Assembly (NCBI GenBank): GCA_013265495.1
Contig: MU061538.1
Span: 620,001-684,000, forward strand
DNA: 64,000 nt
Reading direction: 5' to 3'
Source of the DNA: Vicugna vicugna
Lineage: Eukaryota
The translations under genes and the position numbers were made by a program. Shown here in pieces: positions 1 to 11,739 of this stretch. The notes under the pieces were generated by a model. The model ran no database searches and was not told the origin of the DNA. It saw only the letters and a program-made list of their open reading frames with translations. Positions within the stretch are counted from its first letter, which is position 1. The number at the start of each line of letters is the position of its first letter.

Positions 1-3000
1 CAGCCTCGGGGCGAGGCTCCAGCCCTGGGAGCCCTGGCACTTCCCCTTGGACCAGAACCTCGTGGCTGCCATCCTTGGGTCCGAGTGAGGGCTCCAAAGA
101 GGAAGCTCTTTCTTTGTTGGGCTCTAGTGCCAGGAGTTAGGAAGAAGCCACCACATTCGATCACCATTTCCACCCCAGAGCCTGACCCGGATTCTCGCCT
201 GTCCGGTCGTGTGGGAGAAGCCCCAGGCCCAGGAGGAAGGTGGGGCCCACACCCGCTGAGACAGAGCATCCGGCCGCATGGGTCCACTTCCTGCATGCAC
301 ACCCCTCCTTCGTCCTCCGTCTTCACTTTGAGAAGGAGGTCGCATTGTCACACTGCACACTGCGTCCCTTCTGAGCGGGCTCTCGGGGGTGGCAGTGCGT
401 CAACTCCTGTTGGTCTCACCAGACCCACCAGGGAGAAGGGCCTCCTCATCCCGAAAACCTGCTTCCTTCCGTCTGGCTATTCACTCCTGACCGCGCGGAA
501 ACAGCCTGTAACAGAGCGTAGGGTGTTGACCATGGTGGGCATCCACACGGCCCATCTCCGCCACTGAAGAAGACTTCCCGAGCGGGCGGGCGCCTGACAC
601 ACCACAGTGTGGACGGCGCCGTCCCCCACACCCCTGCTCTGACAGGGGCGTCATTCAGCCACCCTCGGGTCTCGGATGGAAACCCCGGAGCCGTCCTCTC
701 TCCACAGTTGCTCCTTTTGCCGTAGTCTCGCCCTCGTTTCTGGGTCTGACCGGCACCTGCCATCTCTGCTCGCCCCCACCCCGACCGGACCCGGTCTTCC
801 TTCCTCCAGCTCTTCTCCTTGGAACCAGCTCGCTTGGCCCTGCTTCTCCTCAAGTCCTCCCCGCAGAGATGGGAGTGGTGGCCGGGCTTCCGCGCCACAT
901 CCACCCGGGCATCTGCCTGGACCCCAGGGCAGCCCCACGGCCCGCGCCTCCCACCGCCTCCCGCCTCCTCCGTCCCGTGCACATCTGGTGCCCCTCTGAA
1001 GTGTCTCTCTGCCCCCCGCACTGGGGCAGGTCCAGCCAGGCTGGAAGACATCCCAGAGGCAGGTTGGCGGGAAATTTAAAGTGTCCGGGTGAGTGACTTT
1101 TCAATTCCTGACAGCCTGGAGATTCTAGCTACCGACGAATTACTTCCCAAGGCGAAGGCAAGTAGCGTGTATGAGATGTTGGCTGGCACTGTGCTGGGTC
1201 TGGCGATACCTCAGAAGTTCAAAGAATTTAATGTGGTTTCTAAGTTTTTTGCATTTTTTAAGAGAATTATGCAATATTCCTCTCTTATGCTTTTTAAATT
1301 AAGAACAGTCATATGATGCTGGTTTTGGTGTGCCATGTGAAGCAAAAAAATGTTTTTGATTCTGAGTTGCAATAACGAGATAGAGACACGGAGACGCTCA
1401 GATGGAACCGGAGAGCAGGTAAATCCGAAGACGCCGGTTCGTAGAGTCGGAGGGAAATCTGGTGATGCTGATTCTCATGGTTTGGCTTTTTAGGGCATTG
1501 CTGCTGACAAGACCACAGCCCAGCCAACGGGGCCGGGTCGGGGGAGGGTTGGCTCCGGACTGGCTCCTCCTGGGGGCCAGGTCGCCCGGGTGGCACTGCA
1601 GGCGAAGAAAAGGACAGTCCCCAGGCTGAGCACATCACAGGCCACTGCCGAGCACGCGCCCCGGGCCTGCCCCTCCACCCCCCCCGGAGCCACCCCGCCT
1701 CACTGGACAGAGGAGGACACTGGGGTTTGAGCCCACGTCCCCTGTGCTGACCGCACACTGCCCCGCACGTGCTTTGTGGGCTCACCTGAGGTTTCTCGTG
1801 TCAGGAGAATGAACCCAGTTCCCAGACATCCGCAGAGGGAGGGTTTGGGGCCCACAAGGACTGCCGTGCTGCCCTTAAACCACGCAGGAAACAATTTCTG
1901 TCCAAACAAAGCTTTGCTTTACAGTTTCTCCCCAACCCTGAGCAGAGTCCCCATAGTGAATGTTCTGGCCTGGTCACATGTGCGTGACCTGGTCTGCCTG
2001 CAGCAGTCAGTCACGGAAGATTCTCCTAGATCTGACAGGCAGACAGGACGAGCGGGCGGGGAGGTTACGTGTCGGGAGCAGCCCCGTCTTGGCCGGGTTC
2101 TCCTCCTCCTTTCTTCGGCCTCAGAACCAGCTGGGGTGGGGAGGCCTGGGTGTGCTGGTGCTGGAAGGAAGACGTCCCAGCAGCAGGGTCTGTGAGGGCT
2201 TCCTTCTTGACGACGACGTCTCGGCGGGAGCCGTGCTCCTGAGACTGGAGGTCTGTGGGGCAGGGGGCAGGGGGGCCGCCCTCAAAGCACAGAGGGCGCC
2301 CAGTCGCCAGGCTGCGTCTGAGGGCGCAGGTCCTCGGGGGCGGGGCCGGGGCCGCCGGCTCACACCCCTCCGTGGGCACCGCCCCGACGCCTCCCAGAGC
2401 AGAGGGGCTGCCTGTCAGGTGGAGGCTGCGCTGTCCACTCGGTTCAGCCGCTCGGGCTTCAGGTTCCCTCCTCTCAGCTCCTTTCCTTGAGGCTCCGCCT
2501 CTAGGCTCACAAGACACCTGACCTCACGTAGCCTGGCTTCTGTCCCGACGCTGCCCAGAGACTCATGTTGGAGGGCCCCCAGAGGGCGCTGGGAAACTGG
2601 CACCTGGGGGTGGCGCCGACAGCGGGCCCCTCCATGGACACTAGTTTTCCGTGCCCAAAGCAGCCGATCACAGCCCTTCAGAAGGGCCACGGCGGGGGCA
2701 TGCTCCCTCCTCCGCGTGGGCATTTCTGTCTTACGTTCCCTGTGCCATGGGCATGTCCCAGGGCACAGCCCCAGGCCTCCAGCCACGCAGGGCTGAACTC
2801 TGCATCCACCTCTGATAAACGGATCCTTGTCGAAACGAGACGAGGGCGATTCCTGGTCAGCACAAGAGCCCCCCCCACCGCTCTCTCCCATCCGCACGTT
2901 TTGTAAACGTGGTTTACGTGCCTCCAGGCCGTTGCTACAGTCACTTCCAGCAGGATGAATACGGCGCTGCCTTCCGAGGCCTCCCTCACGCTGACGCGGG

Positions 3001-3249
3001 TCCAGGAAGGCGCATCCCAGTGGCTGTTGGTGGGCCAGGCGCTGGCGGCAGCTCTGCTGTGCGGCAGGTGGGTGGGAGCAGGCGGCGCAGGCCGCGTGTG
3101 CAGCGTCCCCCTCACACCCTCGCCCTGGAGCCGGAGCGTGAGGTGGTGACGTGGCCGCCCCTGCTGCCCTCCTGACCCCCCAGAAGAGTCCTTGTTGGCC
3201 AGTCCGGGGCGCTTTGCAAAGAAGCAAGATTTCTGGCCTGATGTGATTT

Positions 3250-3680
3250 CTCCCCCTACTTTTTATCACAAAAGTTTGGGAACACTCGGGTTGAAATGGA
3301 AATTTGGTGGTCGCCTGCGTTCCCACCAGCTAGGCTCCCGCAGCTGCTGCTCAGCGTTCTGCCACTTTTGTGTGACGTATGCGTGTGCTTAGTTTATTGG
3401 CCGGGCTTCTCAAAGTGGGTTCTAGGCATCGTGACAGCTAAATGCTTTAGCCCATGCCTCCTAAAAATGAAGACTTTCTCCCGCATAACTACGTCCCCAT
3501 TGTTGTAACTAAGAAAATCAGTAACTCTCCGTTTTCATTAATTCCGGTCCATATTCCAATGTTCCCAGATATTCCAGTTACATCACCTACAGCAGTTTTT
3601 TGCTGAAGTCAGGGTTCATAACTGCATTTTGGATTTCACGTCTCTTTAGCCATTTTAGTTCTGAAATGGCCCCCTGGGTT
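3250..3680 (-). mobile_element. Old LINE-1 (L1MC4-like) 3' UTR fragment, antisense
   Basis: cctaaaaatgaagactttctcccgcataactac, ggtccatattccaatgttcccag and gcattttggatttcacgtctctttag follow the order of the recalled consensus. Confidence 0.6.
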
Positions 3681-4593
3681 TTCCGACGTGACCTGCTCCT
3701 GAGAAGCTCCTCTTCCCCCAGGGACTGCCCCCTCTGTCTTCACGAGCTGTCCAGCCAGGAGTCCGGCCCCTTTGCCAGGTCCTTGGGAGCTGGCGGCCTG
3801 GTTTCCAGACCTGCTGTTTCCCCCTTTCTGGTCGTGCACCCAAGACCCAGCGGCCTAGGGACACTATGCGACCGGACTTTGCATCCCCAGGATGCTGCTG
3901 TGAACATGGCAGCACGCTCTTGTGGCCGCACCCAGAGGACTTGTAAAACCCGTTCCTGCAACTAGAGCCTGCCAGTGACCCCTGTCCTGCCAGTGTCTGT
4001 CCACCCCGTACCTGTCTCCTCTCTGTCCTTTCTGGTTCGAAAAAGCATTCTCTTCACCATCCCCCTCGGGGTGCCAGCCTCTCTGAAACCGTCCTGTGCA
4101 GTGTGAGCCCCTAGTCTGTGTCCATCTGTGTCCATCCCCTTCCGTCTTTTGTGTGTGACCTTTTCAGTCGTGGACAGCCCTGGTCTCCTGGGCTGTCGCT
4201 CTCATTCTCTCACTCAGGATGCCTACAGCTGTGTCAGCAGAATTCTCATGTTTCCGCCTCTTTGGCTCGGCCCGTTCTGGAGTCTCCGGAACAAAGTTCT
4301 CTCATCTGGTTATGTCTTAAATGCCCAGCATTCTTCTTCTTGGCAACTGAGAACTTCGAGATGGTTTGGCTGCTTTTCTCTCAAGGTTACCGTCAGTTTA
4401 GTTCTTTTCTTGTTAGAATTCAGTTTGGACATCCAGGAACACGCTTGCTTGCTTTAACTTCCACAGTATCAAGTTTTAGCAGGAAAACCAGAATTAGAGG
4501 CTGTGCTTAGTTACGCCCACGTCCCCTCCCACCTGTCCCCTCCCCTCTCTCTGTCTTCCCACCTCTCCTGTCCTTCTCGGCAGCAAGGCTTCC

Positions 4594-4621
4594 GGTCGCT
4601 GTCCACAGCCGTGGTGCTGAT
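4594..4621 (-). promoter_or_regulatory. Candidate non-canonical (split) REST/NRSF RE1 site
   Basis: The minus strand reads ATCAGCACC-ACGGCTGT-GGACAGCGACC: both RE1 half-sites with an 8-bp spacer instead of 2. Confidence 0.45.
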
Positions 4622-4639
4622 CTCGGCGCTGTGCTGTTT

Positions 4640-5045
4640 CTAAGCCGAGTCGCCACATTCTACCCTGGGGATCCGTGAATGCACTTCCTACGCGACGATG
4701 GGAAGCTGAGGTTACAGATGAAACAAGGTTTGCTCATCAACTGACCTGAACTTAGGAAGAGGAGCTTGGTTTTCCAGGCGGTCCTGAGGTGATCACCAGG
4801 GTCCTTACATGCAGAAGAGAGGGGCCCCAAGCAGGCTGAAGGTGGGGGGCCTGCCAGGAACGGGTGCAGCTGGAGGCGGACACGGCGAGGAAGCGATTCG
4901 CCCCGGAGCCTCCAGGAGGAACCCGCCCGGCCGGCGCCCAGATCCAGACTCATTTCAGACTTCTGAGCAGCGGGACTGTCAGAGATTTGGTTTTCAAGAC
5001 AGTAGGTTTATGGAAATTCATTCCAGCAGCCATGGGAACTCGTCT
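4640..5045 (+). mobile_element. MLT1 (MaLR) solo LTR, MLT1D-like
   Basis: gaggttacagatgaaacaaggtttgctcatcaactgacc...gtgatcaccagggtcctta...gagcctccaggaggaac...cagacttctga...tttatggaaattcattccagcagcc follows MLT1 LTR architecture. Confidence 0.72.
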
Positions 5046-6599
5046 GCGGAGGAGGGGACTCCCACCGAGAGGTGTGAGCGCAGCTGAGCACTGCCCCCGA
5101 CACCCCAGCTCTGCCACAACTACTGGAAGGTGATAATGAAAATGTTTGAAAACGTTCTGTGTGAAAAACCACCCTGGGAATAAGGTCAGCTGCCACCTTA
5201 TGACGGAAATGAAGGAACAGAGACGCTTCCAGCACGCCTGCCTTCTAGCCCAGCACACCGCATCATCAGTGACCCAGGCCTGTATCCATAGGCCTCTCCC
5301 GGGCCTGAACGTGTAACCGGACTTTTTGGTTATACTTTGGCACCTGCTGGGAGGAGGGCTTATCCATGGAGCAGTGTCCAGCGCCGAGGGCTTCAGGGAG
5401 CTTCTGGGCGTGCCCCCCGGCTCCTTCGTCTTGACCCAGGCTCCGTCCCTCTGCTCCCTGACGGCGTGAGGGTCTGGCCAGGACCCACCTCCCAGGTGCA
5501 GCCCCCTCCCTCCCCAAGGTCCTTCCTTCCAGTAAGATCGACCTTCCACTGCTGTTCTGGGCGCCCGAGGCCGTGTTTCCATCTGCGCAGGACGCCGGGC
5601 GCCGCACCCCCACGGCTGGTCAGAGGTAATCCTGCGCCTGAGGTCTTGTTTCTGCCCCCTCTTCCTGCCACGTCGTCCCCAGACCCCTGGGCACCTTCCA
5701 CGGCCCCTTCCCTTCTGGGCCGTGTGAGCCGTCGGCTCTGTGAGGTGTTTGGGGATCCTCCCACCTGCTCACTACGGGTAAATCTCTACTAAGGTAATTG
5801 GCAAGGTTCCTGCCAAGTTTTCTCCCCTTACTTTCCCAGAAACATCTTGGTTGGCAAGGCCTAGGGGGATAACCATCTTGTCCTCAGGGGTCAGAGTCTC
5901 CCCGTGCGCCTGGTCCCTGTCAGCGGCTGTGACTGTCAGTTGAAGGTGACACCTGTGTTCGCCCTCTGTCTACCCTCGGTCAGCACAGATGGAGACCAGG
6001 ATTGTTCCTGGTGACAGCATTGTGCTCAGGACAACACAGGCTTTTGCTCTTTTGTTTAAACAAAGCGAGTTGCCCACCCGCCAGGGCCCTGGGAGGCCGC
6101 GTTCTCGCCTGTCTTCATGTCTTGCCTTCCCGTCTCAGCTGCCGTGTGGGATGCGGTCCCTGCACAGAGATTTATAGCCAAGGTTGGCTGATCGAGGTCT
6201 CTGGGTGGAACTGTGTAGGTGGCGTGGTTTCGCTTGGTTGACGCCTGTGCTCTCACTGTGCACAGTTGTTCTTGTGCTTTGCTGCTGGCAAACCCTCGCA
6301 CACTGTGCTCGCAGTCACCCTGGCTTCGGGGAGCAAGGACGGCGCGCTGGCTGCACCGCTGTACCCACGAGGCCGGAAGGCTGGTGCCAGGAGCCTCCTC
6401 CCACAGAGACAAAGCCCTGCAGCTGCTCCCGGGCTCATGGTGGCACCGCGTGTCTGTTTGCTGATAACTTGTGGAAAACTAGCCTTTTTAGCTGCTGGGA
6501 GCTTCCCAGTCATCAGGTCAGCCTCCTCCTGAAGAAGCGGGGACCCAAAAGCAGTTAAACGCGTGGAAAGGGCAGACAGGCAAATCGCGAGAAATCCGG

Positions 6600-6960
6600 A
6601 CCCGGGTGGACCCCTGACTCCGGGCGCAGGAGGGTCCAGGGCAGAGATGTGTCCTCACAGGCCACAGGCTGGTGTCCAGGACAAGGCCGGCCCCCCGGGC
6701 TCTGGGGGAGCATCTTCCTGGGCCTCCTCTTGGCCTGCAGACGGCAGTCATCTCCGTGTCCTCACGGCGTCTTCCCTCCGTGCCTGTCTGAGTCCCAACT
6801 CCCCCTTTATAAGGACACCAGGCACGTTGGATTAAGCCCACCCATATGACCTCATTGTAACACAGTCACCTGTACAGACCTCAAGTAAGGCCACGTCCCG
6901 GGGTCCTGAGGGCTAGGGCTCCAGCACATCTTTCCAGGGTACACAATTCAACCTTTGACA
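6600..6960 (-). mobile_element. MLT1 (MaLR) solo LTR, MLT1C-like, antisense
   Basis: ttataaggacaccaggcacgttggattaagcccacccatatgacctcat...taaggccacgtccc...acacaattcaacctttgaca is the classic MLT1 terminus. Confidence 0.85.
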
Positions 6961-8514
6961 CCAGGTGCCCGGGCCGCTCAGTAGCGGGGGTGGTGTGAAG
7001 CCATACCCTGAGCCCTGAGGTCTGTTCCTGCTCGGCACAGGGGCTGTGCCCAGAGGGGCCTTTTCCACGGAGATGCTGGGCGACGATGCTGGTGTGCAGC
7101 TGGACCGGGGCGGCCACCGTGCCCCAGCCTGTGTGACCTGCCCACACTGCTGCTCACACGGCAGGCTGGGCAGCAGTCCTGCCTGGGGTTGCTGCTTGGG
7201 AGATCTGCAGAGATGCTGGTGAAACCAAGAGACGAGACAGGAGACCAGCCGTCTGACCACATTTCAGGACACGTGTGTGACTCCGGGACCTGCTTTTGCT
7301 GTGCTCGGGGCCGGGAAGCCAGGGGAGCCTCTGCGTCATGGGACGGCTCAGGCGCTGGGCGAGCATCTTGTGGGACAGACCCAGCCTTGTTTTCTCACTG
7401 TCTTGGATGTAGGCAAGTGTCCGGACCTGGGACCACAGATGCCCAATTTGCCTAAGTGCTGATCTGAGGAGACGCTGCACAGAATGCTGCAGCTTTTCTT
7501 CTTAAACGCTTGAGAGAAAGGGTGTTTCGTGGTCACATTTGTCCCCAGGTCCCCAGAGCTGCAGAGAAACACGACATCTAGCAGCTTCTCAGAGCCTTGG
7601 TTACCAAACACGGTGTCAACACTTTTTGCTTCGCCTCCACTGTGACAAGTCCAAAGCAACAAAGACGGTTCCAGGTGTGCTTGGCAGGAATCAGGAGACT
7701 GACGGAGAAGGACAAGGAATATCCACGGCTCACTGACCCATCCATGGACCCAAGGGATCGGAGAAGAACCCATGGTCTTTGGTGCCATTTGTGAGCATGT
7801 CCCGATGTGTGAGTCCCCCTGAAGACTCGGAGCCCTGACCGTCCAGACAGAGGGCTGGCCTGTCACCAGACACCCCATGTTTCCACCAGCCACCCCATCA
7901 AAGCAGAGCAAATGCCATCAGGCAGTGAGGTGGTTGAATCTAAATCCCCACAGAGCGCTGAGGCAGCCGGCGCTCCCAGCGGGACACTGGCAGACCACTC
8001 TCATGAAGAGCCCTCCTGTGGCTGTGTCAGCCCACGGCTCCCGCGGAGGCCTGATCCGGTGACCAGCAGCAGCACCACAGACTCCACCCACCAGAGACGT
8101 GGAGATCATTGACTCGGACGTGGGTCAACACACTTCGCGTGAGTGCCAGAACCGGGGGGCTGGGAACACGCCATCCTTGGAGATCCGTTACAGGCTGAGG
8201 TCACATGCCATGGGCCCCTGCACACCTTCCTCAGAGGGGGTCAGGGGAGCGTAGGAAGGCTCTGGACGATGGCCCTGACTCCACTGGCGACCAAGCTCCG
8301 GGTCCTCACGACGACCCAGCACGTCTGTCCTCAAGGCTTCCTCGCCCCGGTCGTGATCGAGAAGCGCTGGGGCCTGGGTCTCCCGTTGGCGTTTCTGGGA
8401 CTCTCTCTGTGTCTGCTGACAGCACTGTGAACTGTAAACAACGTCTGCCGGCTCAGCTGACTTTGAGTCAGCGAGGCGTGTGGCCGCCTGTAACCCTGAG
8501 CTTGTTCCCACAGC

Positions 8515-8705
8515 CCTTGCTCCGTGCCCGGCCTTACGGGAGCGCTTTGTGGAAGCCTTACGTCACGGCAGCCCTGGGGGTCAGAGGGCACCGCCCTCGT
8601 TGTGGGTGATGAATCTGACACTGAAACACCAAGGCATTTACTCGAATACCACCTGGCTGGCAGGTGGCAGGGCTGGGCCAGGTCTGGGCCCTGAGCTCCA
8701 TGGCC
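8515..8705 (-). mobile_element. MIR SINE fragment
   Basis: gtgcccggcc...agcgcttt...cagccct...gatgaatctgacactga...ggcaggtggcagggctggg follows the antisense MIR layout. Confidence 0.5.
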
Positions 8706-11665
8706 TTTGTCAGGTCAAGTGTTTGATCCTTGGGGCCTGAGTTGCTTCAACTTGAAGCAGGAAAGTGGTCCCTGTTCTGCCCACGGTACAGCGTCCCAGG
8801 AAGAAGGGGGGCGATGCACACAACGCTGTGTCAGGACAGGCGGGAAAGAGAGAAGCTGGGAGCAGCGTCCTTGAGCACGGTGGTGCCTGCTGAGCGCCCC
8901 GGGCTCTGAGAAGCAGCGCACACCCTGGGAGACTCAGCGGTGCCCCCAGAGCTGCCCCCCCCCCCGCCGACAAGGCTCACAGCCGTGGCTCTGTCCTGTC
9001 AGAGGAGAAGACTCCGTCCCAGAGCCAGACGCAGGCGGGGAGATGCTGCCTGCATTTCTGCACGTCCGTGCTTCCTGACGCCTGAGCGACATCTCAGACC
9101 GAGATCCAGAGGGACACACCCACTTCTCAATGCAAATGTCAGCGCCAAGGCTGCAAAAATTCTTGCTCTGTGTTTGGGTCCCCGTGTTGAATTTGCTGCC
9201 AGGAACGAGACGTATGTTTGTGCTGGGAAGACGAAGGACTGACATTCAGCCGACCACGCGTGGGGGAGGGGGAGGGTCATTTGCTCAGAGGCCCTGGCTT
9301 CGCCTCTACCTGCGTGTTACTGCGAGTGAATCCCCTCAACCACCAGGCCTTGCTGTCTGACTTGCATCTCGGAGAATACAGCACACCCCCGCCCAGAACA
9401 TCCCTTTGAAAGGGATGGACAGGAACCGTGAGCCACAGAGCAGTTCAGGGGCTTGCCCCCAAGTGAAATGTCTGCTGGACCGTCCCTCCTACGTGGACCC
9501 ACCCCCCGCTGGACTCTGGCCAGCGTCACTCTGGCCCTTCCGGGAAGGCCCCAGGTGTTTCAGCTGGAGGTTCAAGATGGTCCCACAATAACAACAAAAC
9601 AAGTTCACCATTAATTTTAAAATCCACTTGTTGCTGCAGTCAGATATGTGGTAGGAAGGCCGTGGAAGTCTGAAATTTGAAGCCCTGGTCCCTGACTCAG
9701 TGGCCTTTTGGAAAGGGGGTCCTTCAGGCATGAACGCAGTCGGAAGGGCCCCCTGCCGGGATGCCGGGGTCATCTGCGAGCTGTCCTCACAGCCAGGCTA
9801 GGGCCCTGGTGTGCAGAGCACTTTCTCACTAACCATCAGGCATTCACGGGACTCCCAGCTTAGGCTGCGAGTTCTTGTTTTTCTGACTAGAAAACCCAGC
9901 TACGCTTGCCCACTGAGCCGGGAGGCCCGCAGGCCCCGGCCGCCCCGCAAGCCGGTGCCTGCTCGGCTCCGCGACCGGGGGCTGCTCTGCTCCAAGAAGG
10001 ATCAGGGTCCTCACGGGGGCTCCCGCCTGCTCCCCTCCCTCCGATCGCCAGCCAGCCTGCTCTGCGGTTCTCAGGCACTGGGGGGCCGGAGTGCCGCTCT
10101 CACCAGGACCTGAAGCCGGCGTGTTGAAATACGTGTGATGAGGTGGACTCCAGGGAGGCCCTCGGGAGCCCTCCAGAGGCAGCCGGAAGCCCTGCTGTTT
10201 ACCCAGACCTGTGCGTTCAGAAGGCCTGCTCGCGGGCCACGGCCCAGGGTCGGGCTTCGATGGCAGCCGCCCACTGAGAAACGGGGCCTCTCGGACCTCG
10301 CTGTGGAGCTCGCGGCTGACCAGTGTTTCTAGTCAGTCATAGTTCATCTTCCTGCCACAGCCAGCTTCCACTCTCTCAAGAATAAATCTGGCAGGACCCA
10401 AAGCCGTTGACTCCAGGGGACTTCGGTCGCTGGTTGCACCTTGGCGGGGCGCTTCCGAATCTCCCGTCATAAACGCCTTCCGAATGTTTCTGCGTTGCCT
10501 GGGTTTGTGTGACGCGTGCTCAGGTGAACATGTCAGGCGTGAGCCCCTCCCTGTCTCTGGATGATTCTCACCTGCCAACATTAACACCTTAACGAGAGAC
10601 AGGACGGCATTCAGTGTAGTGGACAGTACCTTCCAAGTTCGGTCAGTCTGGGGGCTCACCAGGTCTCCCGAGCCCCAGAGTTGTTTAGAGTAAGCAGAAT
10701 CTGCTGGAGAATGAAGAAGCACAAAGCACAGTGAGGTCCCCATGCTTCCCTGTCCTGCCCCGAGCTGCCGGGGGCAGGAAGCGGGGAGACCCGGCCGGGA
10801 ATCTGGGGGTGACGCGCTCACAGCTGGGGAAAGTCTGGCTCTGCTGTCTCAGCAGAAGCAGGTGGTGTGTGGCCACCGAGAGGCACTCACTGCGGCAGCA
10901 GGGGACAGAGCTCAGCTCCGTCACTGTCCGTTTTCAAGTCTGCACTTCTCAGGGGAAGGGGAGGAGGGGGCCAGGAGGGGGCTCTCGGGGGCGCCCTGCT
11001 CACTGTGAAAGTTCCTGAAAACCGGCAGAGAGACGCCGCCGTACGTGGATGGGTGGTGATTCCAGAACCGAAATTCAGGATGATTCCTTGACTGAACCAA
11101 AAAGCCTCGACAGCTCACGTGTCCTGAATCCCCGTGGAAGCGTCTGGTTTCAACATCAGTCACATTAATGTGCCCATTAAGGCGCGTTCCTGTGTCTGCG
11201 AGTCTCCACGTGCCCTCACTCCCCTGCCCCCTCCTCGGCTGCATCTTTTTCTCCCACCCTCCTTTTAAACCTGCATTCTTGTCTTGAGGATTTAACTCTC
11301 TCTAGGCTGCAAAACTGTGTATATTGAGTGGTGGTCTAACAGCCTAATATCACGTTGATTTTATAATTTGCATGTTGCCAAACATGTGTCACTTAGAGGC
11401 AAACACTGGACAGGGTATCGCAGAGGAACACCAAACCTTGGCGTTCAGACTTCACACAAGAAGAACGGGGGGGATATCTCCATTCTGCCGAGTGGGACCG
11501 CGGGGACGGGGCAGGGAGGGGGCGCTCGCTGAAAGGCCTTCAGGAGGGCCGGGCGGCGCCAAGGGGCGCACAGGGGATGTCCGCGGGCGGCCATTGGGCT
11601 CGCTCCGCTTCCGCGTGGTGCTTGGACGCCTGCACACGGTTGATTCTCTGCTCTTGGACTTGCAG

Positions 11666-11739
11666 ACGACCACTCCAGGGTCCGGCTGAACTCGGGAAAC
11701 AGCCACAGCAGCTCCGACTACATCAACGCCAGCCCCATC
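11666..11739 (+). CDS. PTPRN2: PTPRN2 coding exon (human exon 16 equivalent), 74 nt: (Y)DHSRVRLNSGNSHSSSDYINASPI
   Basis: ttgcAG acceptor at 11664-65 and GTgagt donor at 11740. 2 nt + 24 codons. Contains the PTP motifs YDHSRV and DYINAS of IA-2beta. Confidence 0.97.

Noticed and set aside
7348-8430. Possible ERV/transposase remnant suggested by moderately complex ORFs
   Set aside because: No RT, integrase, gag or transposase motif could be identified. It needs RepeatMasker/tBLASTn to say more.
1-11665. Upstream PTPRN2 exon (YMEDHLKNKNRLEKEW...) or another gene
   Set aside because: No such peptide appears in the ORF track or by eye. That exon must lie upstream of the window.
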